Part shown: positions 22,080 through 35,500 of the stretch, piece after piece
How positions within the stretch are numbered: the stretch's first letter is position 1
Layout: each line of letters opens with the position of its first letter
Assembly: GCF_035084215.1 (NCBI RefSeq)
Contig: NW_027139559.1
Location: 6,510,001-6,574,000, forward strand
Source: Heptranchias perlo
Lineage: Eukaryota
Direction: 5' to 3'
Length of the DNA: 64,000 nucleotides
Translations under genes and position numbers: made by a program
The notes under the pieces: model-generated
Seen by the model: the letters and a program-made list of their open reading frames with translations, nothing else
What the model was told of the DNA's origin: nothing
Database searches by the model: none

Positions 22080-24090
22080 ATTATCAGGCAAGAGTTTGCA
22101 GAATGGGAGGCCTTCAAATAGGCCATAGTTCGGGTACACAATAGACGGATTCCAACGAGTGCGAAAAGAAGGGCATTCAAAGCTAGAGCTCCCTGGATAA
22201 TTAAAGATATAGAGATTATACAGAAACCGAAAAAGGACGCTTATGATAAATGTCAGGTTCCTAATATATTGGACAACCAAGCTGAATACAAAATGTACAG
22301 AGGACAACTAAAAACGGAAATGAGGGGCAAAATAAGAGCGTGAGAATATTTTAGCAGCTGACATAAAAGATAATCCAAAAGTCTTCACAAAAATGTAAAT
22401 AGTAAAAGGGTAGTCAAGGGAAGGCAGTGGCTGATTCGGGACCAACATGGAGAACGACTTGTGGAGGTGAGGGCATGGCTGAGATGTTAAAGGTGTATTT
22501 TGCATCGCCATCATTAAGAAGAGCATGCTGCCAATGTGACAGTCAAGGACAAGATAGCAGTGATATTGGATAGGATAACAATGGTTAAAGAGGAGGTATT
22601 TATAATGTTGGCAGCGTTCAAAGTAGAAACATTACCTGGTCCGGACGTGATGCAACCGAGGTTACTGACGGAAGTAAGAATGGAGATAACAGAGGTTCTT
22701 GCCACAAGTTTCCAATCCTCTTTGGATATGGGAGCGGTGCCAGAGGACTGGGGGATTGCAAATTTCACATCCCTGCTCAAAAAAAAAGAAAGTGATAAAC
22801 CAGGCAACTCAAGGCCAAGCAACCTCACATCGATGGTGTGCAACTTTTAAAGGCAACAATCCAAGAAGGAATGAATTGTCACTTGGAAAAAAAAATGTTT
22901 TAATAATTTACAGCCAGCACCGATATGTTAAAGACAAATCGTGTTTGACTAACTTGATTGGATTGTTTTATGAAGTAAAGGAGAGGGTTGATGAAGGTTA
23001 ATGTTGCGTGCACGGATTTTTAAAAGGCGTTTGATAAAGCACCTCATAGTAGACGTGATAGCAAAATTGACATCCATGGGATTAACGGGGCAGGAGCAGC
23101 GTGGATACGAAATTGGCTGAGAGACAGAAGCAGAACGGTCGTTATTCAAACAGGACGGAATTATACAGTGGTGTTACCCAATCGTTAGTATTAGGACCAC
23201 TGCTCTTTTTGATATATATGAACGACCTGGGCTTGGGTATAGAGGGGACAATTTCAAAGTTTGCTTATGACACAAACTAGAAATGTAGTAAACAATGTGG
23301 AGGATTGTAACAGACTTCAGGAGGACGTAGACAGACTGTTGAAACGGGTAGACACATGGCAGATGAAATTTAACATAGAGAATTGTGAAGTAATTCATTG
23401 GGTCGTACGAATTAGGAATGTCATTAGAAACTAAGTGGTACAATTTTAAATGGAGTCCAGGAACAGAGACACCTGGAGGTGTATGCATACAAATGTTTGA
23501 AGGTGGTAGCCCAGTACAATGTTGAAGTATCATTCAAGATCCTTGGCTTCATAAACGGAGGCATAGAGTACAAAAGCAATGAGGTCATGCTAAACTTTAC
23601 AAATCATTGTTTAGGCTCCAACTGAAGTATTTTGACCAATTCTGGGGACCACGCTTTAGGATGGATGTCAAGGGCTTAGAAAGGATACAGAGAAGATTTA
23701 TTAGAATGGTACCAGGGAGGTGGGACTTCAGTTACGTGGAGAGACTGGAGAAGCTGGGGCTGTTCTCCTCACACCACAGAAAGTTAAGGGGAAATTTAAT
23801 AGAGGTGTTCAAAATCATGTATGATTTTGATAGACGAACGAGGGAGAAACTAAGTCCACTGGGCAGGAAAGTCAATTACCAGAGTACACAGATTTAAGGT
23901 CATCGGCAAAGGAACAGAGGCGAGACGAGTAGAATTATTTTTCACCAAGCAAGTTGTTATGAATACTTGAAGGGAAAACATGCAGGGTTATGGGCCAAGA
24001 GCAGGGGAATGGGTCGAATCGGGTCGCTCTTTCAAAGAGTCAGCACCGATACGATCTGCTGAATGGCCTCATTCTATGATTCTATGGTTC
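22080..24090 (+). mobile_element. CR1-type LINE ORF2 and 3' UTR, heavily decayed
   Basis: PGPDVMQPRLL, VPEDWGIAN, KSCLTNLI and ERIQRRF; ends in an ATTCTATGATTCTATG tail. Confidence 0.9.
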
Positions 24091-24648
24091 TGTATACCTG
24101 TAAGAAGTCTAGTGGTGTAACAATATTTGTAAAGGACGAGGCAAATGGAGATAATATTTGTAGGAAGTCTCCAAGCTGACCACTGATAAGGTTCAAATTC
24201 GAAGTGTGAAAATTAAGCCCGATCCTGAGAAGGGAACATTAAATCTCTTGACCTCCAATATTAATTGGTATTTGAGAGTAACATGGTCTATAATTGGAGG
24301 TACTCTCAATTCACATCAGTGCTATCAGACTGTAGGTTTCACATTCTCTGATATTCCCAGTAACCAATAAAATAATATTCTCCGATTTGAGGAATTTCAA
24401 TTAACATCGGTGAAATATCTCATGAAAATAGAAATGCATCTGAAAAATTATTGCTATGAAATGACCGAACTTAATATGTTTGTTCAATAACTAATTCATG
24501 TCTGTCTCTATGGAACCAAAGTGTCTCTCGGGAGCTTTCCATTGACTATTAATAGGAGAACCATTTCACTGGGTTATCTATTAGTGCCTGTCGGAGCATC
24601 GCCTCCAGCACACAACAGGGATAGGTGAATCTCACAGAGATCTAAAGA

Positions 24649-24742
24649 ATGATTCCGAATCTCCAAGTACAGTATCGGATACTCGTTGCACTTTGGGATA
24701 TACAAAGGATTTACTATCCTATACTGACTGCTGGAGCTCCGG
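24649..24742 (+). CDS. Exon 1 of orphan GPCR A (joins 33046-33944)
   Basis: Hand-translated MIPNLQVQYRILVALWDIQRIYYPILTAGAP-G, then a GTAAGT donor at 24743. Phase 1 fits the acceptor at 33045 (G+TT = Val). Confidence 0.8.
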
Positions 24743-25799
24743 GTAAGTCATTGTATCTCGCTATAAACGGCCAAGGTTGAGAGAGATCCGGAGCCTTAGT
24801 AGATTCGGTGCTGAAGCTGCCCCACCAATGCACAGCAGCAATGATCAAATCAGTAGAATTTGGACCAACAGCCAGGACGGTAGAAGACAATTTAGAAGAA
24901 GTTGTGATCGAACTGCAGTCCTCTCGTCGGGTTGTAGTTCAGATCGCTGAGAAACAAAAGAGACCGTCAGTCGCTTGAGGCAGTGCAGTGAAGAGTCAGG
25001 AGGTTGATCCCAGTGTGAGGAGTCTGAATGATGAGGAAATATCGGAGAGACTTGGACTTGTCAGCCTAGAAATGAGATGCTTATTGGATAAAATTAAACA
25101 TAAATCTGGAATATTACTTCAAATTAAACTGACAGTATAGGGCAAGGGAGCAGAGGTTGAATCTAATAAAAGGCAAATTGAGCAAGTTCCTCCTCACCCA
25201 AGGCGTTGTGAACTTGTGGAAATTGCGGCTTTTATTGTATCGCCGCTCTCCTCATGTATTGATTCCGCCTCACTGTAATTTACCGTGTTTCTGGTCTCTC
25301 CCCATATCCAGATGTTCGGAGGTAAATCAGTTTAGCTGTAAATACTCATTCTTTTCCTTTACGACATGATGGTCACTGATGTTGGTTCTCCTGGTTGATC
25401 AGTTATTTATTCTCTAAATGTGTTTAATGCTACTATTGTTCTTACACTTATTGTCGAATCATTGCTGTCATTGGTGTTACTGGTTATTCACTATATCCAG
25501 CTATTTATTCCCTATTTTTGAAATTTTACTGTTGTTCTTATATTTATTGTCCTATCTTTGCTGTTCCCTGTCTTCTTTGTTCATTAAAATTTCAAGCGAT
25601 TCATTCAGTGAATCATTGTAACTGGTCGTGTCATTTACAGCGCGTTTCACCTTAATCAGCAGAAAATATCGAGCTCTCAATCGCTGAAGCAGAATTTCCC
25701 CGTGTTTATCACGTTATTTCTTCCAATCTCTCTCTCCATTTTATGTGCCTGATAATGCTCCATGTTTTCAGGATATGACAATTGTGCCCTTGCCATAGT

Positions 25800-26850
25800 T
25801 CACTGAGAGGGTGCAGAATGTTTTGAGGAGGGAAGGTGAACAGCGAGAACACGTGTTCCATGTGGGAACGAATGACATTGGAGTGAAAATGTCCTCATCC
25901 TACAGTCAGAGTTTCAGAAGCGAGGGAGGAAGTTAAAAAGCAGGACCTCAAAGGTAGTAATCTCTGGACTACTCCCAGTGTTACACGCTAGTGAGTACAG
26001 TAATAGTAGGATAACACAGGTTAATGCATGGCTGGAGCAAGGATGCAGGAGGGAGGGCTGCAGATTCCTGGGGCATTGGGACCACTTCTGGGGCAAGAGG
26101 AATCTGTACAAGATGAAAACGTTGAACCTCAACAGAGCTGGGGCCAATGGCCCCGAGAGAAGATTAACTAGTGCTGTAAGGAAGGATTTAATCTAATTTG
26201 GTAGGGGGTGCGTACGAGGTTGAAACATTGGAGAGGAGAAAAATGGTCCAAAGTTGACAGGGGGAGGGAGACAAGTAGCACGAGAGTAAAGAACAGTTCA
26301 GAAATAGGAGACCTCGGACAGGGGCAAATGAGAGGCGATCTCAGATAATTTTAGACCCAAAGTGAGTAAACGCACGTACTGAGGCAGATAAGGTTGGTGA
26401 GGTGCAGGATCAAGTCTCAACATGGGACTATGATATTGTGGCAATAAGAGAGACCTGGCTCAAAGAAGAGGAGAATCGGGTACTTAATATTCCTGACTTC
26501 TAGGTATTCGGGAAAGATAGAGAAAGAAAGAAAGGAGGGGCTGGCACTATTGACCAAAGAAACTCTTATCGCTCTGGAACGGGATTGTGTAGTTGAGGGG
26601 TCAAAGACATAATCTATTTGGTGGGATTTAAGGGACAATGAGGAGCTATTAAATTACTCGTGCATAAAATAGGCCTCCAAATAGTGGGAAGGCGATCGAG
26701 GAGCAAATTTGCAGGCAAATTGTAGAAAGATGCCAGAAGTACAGATAAGTGATAATGGGGGAATTAAAATATCACGATGTTGACTGGGCAGTAACAGTGT
26801 AAATAGCAAAGAGGGGGAGGAATTCCTGAAATGTGCTCAAGAGAACTGCA
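25800..26850 (+). mobile_element. CR1 5' fragment: ORF1 esterase-like (SGNH) region plus ORF2 endonuclease remnant
   Basis: HVGTNDI, VNAWLEQGCRREGCRFLGHWDHFW and LNLNRAG, then decayed ETWL and FGKDR endonuclease segments. Confidence 0.8.
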
Positions 26851-26854
26851 GACT

Positions 26855-27785
26855 TATAGAATCTTATATATTTACGGCACAGAAGGAGGATTCTCGGCCC
26901 CTCGTGTCTGTGCCGGCTGAAAAAGCGCTATCCAGCCTCATGCCCCTTTCCAACTCTTGGTCCGTAGCCTTGAAGGTTACAACACTTCATCTCTTTTTAA
27001 ATGAGTTGACGGTTTCTGCCTCTCCCACCGTTTCAGGAAGTGAGATCCAGACACCCACCGCCCTCTGGCTGAAAATAATTCTCCTCAACTCTCCTCTAAT
27101 CCTTCTGCCAATTGCTTTAAATCTTTGCCCCCTGGATATCGACCTCACTGCTAAGAGAAATAGGTCTTTCCTATCTACTCTATCTAGGCCCATCATAATT
27201 TTATACAACTAAATTAAATCACCCCTCAGCCTCCTCTGTTCCAATGAAAACAACCCCAGCCTATCCAATCATTTGCCATAGCTAAAATTCTCCAGTACTG
27301 GCAACATCCTCGTAAATATCCTCTCCACACTCTCTTGTGTAAACACATCTTCCCTGTAATGTGGTGACCAGAACGGTACGCAATACTCTATCCGTGGCCT
27401 AACTAGTGTTTTATAGAGTTCCAGCATAACCTCCCTACTCTTATATTCTATGCCTTGCTTAATAAAGGAAAGTATCCCGTATGCCTTCATAATCACCTTA
27501 ACTACCTGTCCTGCTACCTTCAGGCATCTATGGGCATGCACTCCAATGTCCCTCTGTTCCTCTATACTTCTCAGATTCCTCCAATTTATTGTGCATTCCC
27601 TGGCCTTGTTTTTCCTTTCCAAATGCATGACCTCACACTTCTACGGATTGAATTCCATTTGGCAATTGTTTGCCCACCTGACGAGTGCATTGATAACTTC
27701 CAGCAGTCGACAGATTTCTTCCTCACTGTAAAGCAAGCAGCAAATTGTTGTGTTTCCTGCAAACTTCTTAATCATGCCCTCTACT
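26855..27785 (-). mobile_element. CR1 LINE 3' fragment
   Basis: LYKTLVRPRIEYCVPFWSP and YKIMMGLDRVD on the minus strand. Confidence 0.9.
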
Positions 27786-27919
27786 TTTTTTGGAAAGTAC
27801 GATTCCATCCCAACCAGCAGGGAAACGGTGCTGCACCTCGTTCTGGGGAATTAATTGGTGTATTTGGAGCAAAACAGTCATTGAACAATGGAAGGCCTTC
27901 AATGGGGTGTTGGTTCAGG

Positions 27920-29790
27920 TACAAAGTTGACCCATCCTTAAGGAATGCAGCGGCATCCAACGCTAGAGCCCCCAGAATGATTAAAATATAGAGATTAAAA
28001 GGAAACAGAAAAATGAGTTTTACGATGAACATAAGGTTCATAATATAGAAGGGAACCAGGCTGAATCAAAATGTAGAGATTAGATTTAAAGAAGGAATAT
28101 GAAGGGCAAAGAGAGAATTTGAGACTAGATTAGCAGCTAACTTAAAAGGAAACCCTAAAGACTTTTGCAAACAACAAATAGTAGAAGGGTAGTCAAAGGA
28201 AGGGTGGGAACGAATAGGGACAACAAAAGAGATCTTCTTGTGAAGGCAGAGTGCATGGGAGAGGGTGTTGCCACTGTAGCAATAAAGGAGGAGTAGATAA
28301 TCGACAGGATAAAGCTAGACAACGAGGAGGTAATTAAAAGATTGGCCGAACTCAAAGTAGAAAAGTCACCCGGTCCAGATGTGATGCATCCAAGTTTACA
28401 GAGGGAATTAAGGATACAAATTGCAGAGGCACTGGCCACAATTTCCAAGTTCTCCTTTGGTATGGAGACGGAGCCGGAGGACTGGAGGATTGCAAATCTC
28501 ACACCCTTTCACATAAAAGGGGAAAGGGATAAGCCTGGCAATTGGAAGTGAGTCAGCCAATCGTCAGTGGTTAGGAAGCTTTTCGGGATAGTAATCCAGG
28601 ACAAAATTACTTGGCAATTGGAAACGTATGGCCTAATAAAATGAAGACAGCACGGATTTGTTAAAGCAAAATCGTGATCGACTAACTTGATTAAGTTATT
28701 TGATGAAGTAACATCGAGGGTTGATGATGGTAATGCGGTTTATGTTGTGCATATAGACTTTCAAAAGGCATTTGATAAAGTACCACATACCACATTTGTG
28801 AGCAAAGTTAAAGCCCATGGGATTAAAGGGACAGTGGCAGCATGGATACAAAATTGGCTAAGGGACAAAATGTAGAGAGTCGTGGTGAACGGTTGTTTTT
28901 CAGACTGGAGGGAAGTATAAAGTGTTGTTCCCCAGGAGTCAGTATTCGGACCACTGTTCTTTTTGATATGTATTAATGACCTTGGGTATAGAGGATATAT
29001 TTTCAAAGTTTGCAGATGAAACGAAACTCGGAAATGTATTAAACAATGTGGAGGATAGTAACCCACTTTCTGATGACATAGGCAGACTGGTGAAACTGGC
29101 AGACATATGGCAGATGCAATTTAACGCAGAGAAAAGTGAAGTGATGTATTTTTCTCGGAAGAATGACGAGAGGCAATGTAAACGAAATGGTACAATTTTG
29201 AAGGGGTGGAGGAGCAGAGATAACTGGGGGTGTGTGTACACAAATGTTTGTAGGTGGCAGGAAAAGTTGAGAATGCTTTTGAGGAAGCATGTGGTAACCT
29301 GGGCTTTATTCATAGAGGCATCGAGTAAAAAATCAAGGAAGTTATATAACATTGGTTAGGCCTCAGCTGAGACATTGTGTTCAATTCTAGGCACCACACC
29401 ATAGGAAAGATGTCAAGGCATTAGAAAGGGGGTAGAAGAGATTTACGAGAATGGTGCCAGAATGAGTGACCGCAGTTATGCAGTGAAACTAGAGAAGCTG
29501 GGATTGATCTCCTTAGAAGGGAGAAGGTTAGGGGAGATTTGACAGAGTTGTACAAAAACATGAGCGGTTTTGACAGAGTAAATAATGGGAAACTGTCTCC
29601 AGTGGCAGAAGAGTCGGTAAAAAGAGGACAATGATTTAAGGCGATTGGTAAAAGAGCCAGAAGCTCTTGAAGGAAAAAATATGCAGGGCGATGGGCAAAG
29701 AACAATTGATGGTCGTGATCGATATCTGTTTCAAAGAGCCAGCACGGGCACAATGGGCCGAATGACCTTTTCCTATGGTGTACCTACTAT
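27920..29790 (+). mobile_element. CR1 LINE ORF2 and 3' UTR, decayed
   Basis: KSPGPDVMHP, DFQKAFDKVPH and KFADETKLG. Confidence 0.9.
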
Positions 29791-29864
29791 GAATGAATGA
29801 AAGGCACTCGCTTTTTACTGTTAGCTCCAGGTAGGACTGCATCATGTATGTTCCGTTTTATTAA

Positions 29865-31250
29865 TAGAATCGTAGAAACTTACAGCACAGTCGGAGGCAA
29901 TTCAGACCGCAGTGCCTGTGCCGGCTCATTATATGGGCTGGCCAATTTAGTCCCACACCCCATCTTTCCCCCATAATCCTGCAAATTTCTCCTCTTCAAG
30001 TTCAGGTCCAATTGCATTTGAAAGCTCCTGGTGAATCTGTTTCCACCACCATTTCACTTCGTGCGTTCCAGATCTCAAAAGCACCCTGTGTGAAAACAAT
30101 TCTCGTCATTTCCCCTCTGTTTCTTTTGCCAATTATTTTAAATCGATGACCCCTGGTTACTGACGCACTTACCAGAAGCAATAGTTTCTCCCTATTTGCT
30201 CTATCGAAACCCCTCATAATGTTGAATACCTTTATTAGGTCTCCCCTTAACCTTCTCAGCTGTAAGGACAATTCCAGCTTCTCCAATCTCTCCACATAAC
30301 TGAAGTCCCTCATTCCTGGTATCATCCTACTAAACCTCCTCTATATCCTCTCCAAGACCTTGACATCCTTTTGAAAGTGTGCTGCCCAGAATTGTACACA
30401 CTACTCTAGCTGAGGCCTAACTAGTGATTTGGAAACATTTCGCATGGCTTCCTTGTTTTTGTATTCTATGCCCCTATTTACTAAGCTAAATATCCCATAT
30501 GCTTTCTTAACTGCCTTATCAACTTGCCCTGCCACGTTCAAAGATTTGTGACGATGCACCCTCAGGTCTCTCTTCTCCTGCACCCCCTCAAAATGGTGAC
30601 ATTAAGATTATACTGCCTCTCCATGTTGTTCCTCCCAAAGTTCATCACGTGCCTCTTATCCGGATTAAATTGCAACTGTCATGTGACTGCCCATTTCACT
30701 CGTCTGTCCATGTCCTCCTGAATTCTGATACGAACCTCCTCACTTACTACAGTGCCAAGTTTTGTGTCATCTACAAACTTAGAAATTGCATTCCCAGCCA
30801 CAAGACCAAATCATTGAAATATAACAAGAAAAGCAATGGTCCGAATACCGACCCCTGTGGGACCCACCGCATACTTCGATCCAGCAAAAAAAATCCGTTC
30901 ACTCCGCCTCTCTACCTCCTATCTCTTAGTCAATTATGTACACAAGTTACCACGGTCCATATAATCCCATGTGTTTCTATTTTCCGAGTAAGTCTGTTAC
31001 TTGGTACTTTATCAAATGGTTTTTGAAAGTCCACATATATCAGATGTCCTGCACAACCCTCAACAGACATCTCTAATACTTCATCAAAGAACTCAACCAG
31101 GTTTGTGAGAAACGATTTGCCTTTAACAAATCCGCGACTGACTGTCCCTTATAAACGTATGCTTCGCCAGGTGAGAATAAATTTTGACCTTCACAATGGT
31201 CTCTAATAGTTTTCCCACCCCTGCCATTGGACTGGCTGGCCTGTATGCTA
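29865..31250 (-). mobile_element. CR1 LINE 3' fragment, decayed
   Basis: ERLEKLELSLQLRRLRGDLIKVF and LVRPQLE on the minus strand. Confidence 0.88.
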
Positions 31251-32039
31251 AAGGTTTAACATAAAACACAGGGTGATATTATGACCAATGTCCCAGGATC
31301 ATTGGTCAGTGAGCATCATTGGTAACCATAGCAGATTCTCCTTTCCTGTCCCAGGATCATTGTACAGTGCGCATCAGAAGTGTCCATCGGAAATTCCCGC
31401 CTCCCAAACCGAGATTAATAGGCCAATGATCAGCAGTGGGACATATAAACAGTCGAGTTAAAATCACAGTCCATACTGATAAAGTGTTTGTGTATGTGAT
31501 TGAAAATTCATCCTCGCTGTGATGTGGAATATTCCGATTATTTATAGTAGGTGGGGAGGTTCTAATTGCAACAGTTTGATCAATTACAGATTGTAATTTG
31601 AAGATAAAAAAGAAAACAATTGAATTAATTCCTCATGAATCGATCATTTTACCAATTATTTGTGAAACTGATTTCTGTAAAGTCTGACTCCCTCTCTCTC
31701 TTGAAGCCGTTCTCTGTTTGATGATTCTAGTTCCAAAGGATCACACTGGTACACTCAATTCCTGATTTGATGTACCATAGACCTCATCCGCCCTTCATTA
31801 CCACATCCAGGTACACATTCTGAACGTCTGAATAATGGCAGAAGATGATTCTCTTCTGTGGACCATCACAGCTCCCTCAATCATCTCCTTCCCCGCCATC
31901 CACACATATACTTTCGAGAAGAGAGAAACTGAAGGATGATCAGATACATAGAGTGGGGGTGGGGGGGTATTGCCCTCCTTACCACACGATCACTCGGAAG
32001 TGATCCAAAGATTGAAATTGGTTCTATTCAACCGTCCCT

Positions 32040-32425
32040 CACCCAGGATCATTGGTCAGTGAGCATCATTGGTAAGTATAGCAGATTCTCCTTCGTTATC
32101 CCAGGATCATTGTGTAGTGAGCATCAGAAGTGACCATGGGAAATTCCCGCCTCCCAAACCGAGAATAATAGGCCAGTGATCAGCAGCGGTGACCATGGGC
32201 GATCCCTCTCCTCAACCAATGATCATTGGGCAGTGACAATGGTGGATTCCCCTTCTCCATACCTGTATCATTGGTCAGTGATCAGCAGTGACCATGGGAG
32301 ATTCCCCAACCCTAACCCTGTATCATTGGACAGTGATGAGCACCAGGGACCATGGGAGATTCCCCTTCCCCAACCCTGTCTCACTGGGCAGTGAGCAGCA
32401 CCAGTGACCATGGGAGATTTTATCC
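32040..32425. repeat. Degenerate ~58-bp minisatellite; its first ~150 bp are duplicated at 31290-31440
   Basis: Recurrent ATCATTGGTCAGTGAKCAGCAGTGACCATGGGAGATTCC units. Confidence 0.75.
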
Positions 32426-32619
32426 TGCATTATCCAGAAGATCTGCGGCAAATGGCACCAGTTAACTGCTCAGTGACTTCGATCTGGAAGTTGATCTGGG
32501 AGCTGTTGGTCTTTTTGGATTCCCATTACAGAACGCCGTGTTTTCACGTATATTCGCCATTTTCCGCTTGTTATTTTTCATATTTGTTTCAATTGTCATT
32601 TAATAACTGCTGCCCGCCA

Positions 32620-32850
32620 CCCTACCACAGACCTGTCCATCATTTTCTCCCCCGACCACCTTTTCTCTGACCATCGATTTGCTAAAACGTTTTTCATCTC
32701 TAACGCCTTCCAGGTCTGAAGAAAGGTTATCGACTTGAAATGTGAACTATTTATCTCTCTCCACAGATGCCACCTGACCTGTTGAGTGTTCCCAGCATTT
32801 TCTCTTCTTATTTCAGATTTCAAGCATCTGCAGTATTTTCATTTGGATTT
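32620..32850 (+). mobile_element. 3' terminal remnant of a second Penelope-related family with a decayed hammerhead-like motif
   Basis: CTGAAGA-AAGGTTATCGACTT-GAAA at 32716-32740, followed by a TCTCTCCACAGATGC..CTGACCTGTTGAGT..CCAGCATTTT tail. Confidence 0.55.
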
Positions 32851-33045
32851 AATGAGAGTTGTACGTTTATTTCCAATTGCAATGCTGAGTAATTTTGCTT
32901 CAAACCCACTCAAAGGCAGAAAGTAATTAAACTTTATCTCTGGATGCAGCAACATCCTGAAAACCGGAAAAAGAAATATCTCAAGCTGTCTCTTTTGCTT
33001 TAAATCTGATGTCGAATTCCGCAGTTTCTTTCTTTTTTCTTTCAG

Positions 33046-33944
33046 TTAATTTAGTGACGATTGTGATCCTGTCTCGGGGAAAGTGCGGTCTCTCCAAATG
33101 TGTCACTCGCTACCTGGTGGCCATGGCAGCGGCGGATCTACTGGTCGTTATCATCGATCTGATATTGAGGCAAATTCCTATTACGTTTCATTCTCTGTTT
33201 GTTTTTGTGCTGGAAATTAAAGTCTGCCATATCCACGCCGTCCTTCTTTACGCAGCCACAGACTGTTCTGTCTGGTTCACCGTCACTTTCACCTTTGATC
33301 GATTTGTGGCCATTTGCTGTCAGAGGTTGAAAACAAAATATTGCACCGAGAAAACGGCGGCTGTGGTTTTAGCAACAGTGACTGTGCTATTCTTTTGTAA
33401 AAACTTAAGCTTTTACTTTACGTATACAGGCCAATATCTACTTGTCAATGAACCCCGATTTTGTTTTGTAACATTCAGTGTTACATATTCACAGATGTGG
33501 AGAGCAATTGAATTCCTATATTATGTTCTAACCCCGGGGGTCCCATTTGTTCTAATTCTGCTGCTCAATGGTTTAACCGTCAGACACATTTTAGTGGCCA
33601 ACAAAGGCCGCAGGAGACTCATGGGCCACAGCAGTGGGGAGATTCACAGAGACCCAGAGATGGAGAATCGAAGGAAATCCATAATTTTACTGTTTCTTAT
33701 CTCGGGGAATTTCATCCTGTTATGGGCTGTGTTTGTGGTATATTCACTGTGGAGACGATTGTACTATTTGGGGTATGATAATGTATTTCCACCACAATAT
33801 GTATTAGAAATAGGATTCATGCTCCAGCTCCTGAGTTGCTGCACAAATACCTCTATTTATGCAGTGACCCAGACTAAATTCAGAGAGCAGTTCAAGAGTA
33901 TGGTGAAATATCCATTTACTTTCATTGTTAATTCCATTAAATAA
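33046..33944 (+). CDS. Exon 2 of orphan class A GPCR A (GPR139/GPR142-like); 330 aa when spliced
   Basis: Polypyrimidine tract with AG at 33044-33045, seven-TM pattern, YLVAMAAADL (TM2), SVWFTVTFTFDRFVAIC (TM3) and NTSIY (TM7); frame open to the stop. Confidence 0.93.
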
Positions 33945-33984
33945 TGAAACAATGGAAAACTTTCCAGATCGCAACTCATAGGAA

Positions 33985-35500
33985 CTTATGAACTGGTAAA
34001 AGTAAAAAGACAAAGGTCCATCTAATTTGCCTTCTACCATCCTGGTGGACCCATGATATAATGATAATGGAGCTGTTGACTAATAATAGCAATCAATCTC
34101 TATCAATGGGTCTACTATAGACCCAGATATGAGGTGAGGAAGCCCCCCGTGACGGAAAGTTTTATAAACCATACGTCCAAGCCATCTGCTCCGTTCAAGA
34201 ATGCTAGACTCAATGTTTCTCAGGACTCAAATTACTGATACACTGTGTCGCAAAATTTTATTTTCTGAAATAAATCTCTCTAATTTTCATTTGAATTAAT
34301 CAAGACTAACTTTCTCCACCGTCTCCCTGTGGAAAATGTTCCATACATTGATCACTCGCTCACTGAAATATATTTACTCTGATTAGTTTTGAATTTATCA
34401 TCCTTCAAACACTGACCATTTCCTCTGGTTTTACTGTTGTGGACAACGTGAAATAGGTTGTAATGGTCTATAGTATCCAGTCCATTTAGAATCCTAATAA
34501 CAGCAATCATATCGCATCTCAACCTTCTCTTTTCAAGTGAGAATATGTCCAATTTGCGTCATCGCTCCTCAGAATCTAATCCCTCCATCCACTCAATCAT
34601 TCCGTTTGGTCACTTCTGTACGTTTCAATTGTTCCAGATCATTATTACATAATATTATATGGTATTTAAAGCACAAGAACAGTCCATTCGATCCAACAAG
34701 TCTTTGCCGATGTTCATGCTCCAGACCAGCCTCGTTCCACTTTACTTCAACTCATCTTTTTTTGTATTGTGGAGACCAAGAAGTATTGTTGCGGTAGCTT
34801 CTATTTACTCTCAATCGGGACTCCCAGATCTTTTTCATTCCCCATGCATATTACATACTTTCCATTAAAGAAACAACCACTTCCTGGATCTTTCATCCCC
34901 ACATGAAGCACGTTGCATTTCTCGACATTGAATTCCACCTGTCACCTGCCTGCCCAATCCCCAAGTCGTCAAATCCACTTGCAGTTTATCTTATTCAGCT
35001 TTGTCGTCCACCTTCTTCATTAACTGATAATTTAGCCACTGTGCTCGTGTTTCCGAGCTCTACATCATTTATAAAGATATTAAATAAAATATGCCCAAAA
35101 ACAGACTCATGTGGGACACAACCAGCAACATTCTCCCATGCTGATGATAATCCCTGATCCACTAATCCCTGGCTTCTATCGGGCAACCAATTGTATATCT
35201 ATTGTAAAATATATCCACTGATTTGTGCTTTAATTATTGACAGTGCCAGCCTTTCCGGAGGAGCTGTATCAAAGGACTTACTGAAATCCAAGTGCACAAC
35301 CGTCATTTCCTTTCCCCTAACAAGCTCTTTTGTCACACCCTGAACGGAAACCAGTCGGGTAATTTGGCATAAACTCCCCTTCATCAACACATACTGGAGA
35401 TCTATTGTGACTTTACGTCTATCCAGATGCTCGATGATTTGATCTTTAATGAGGGTTTCTATATCTTTAGCCATTCTCCACCCGGCCTCTGATATCAACC
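33985..35500 (-). mobile_element. Old CR1-like LINE fragment
   Basis: FSLEKRRLRCDMI, VPHESVFGHILFNIFIND and LDFSKSFD on the minus strand. Confidence 0.8.

Noticed and set aside
24240-24640. Homeodomain (TAATT) and O/E-like sites upstream of GPCR exon 1s, as in olfactory receptor promoters
   Set aside because: Short degenerate motifs in AT-rich DNA. A motif-enrichment test over many paralogs would be needed before claiming them.
33009-33045. ORF-track N-terminus of GPCR A (and 53648-53723 for GPCR B)
   Set aside because: These are intronic polypyrimidine tracts ending in AG; true first exons were found upstream.
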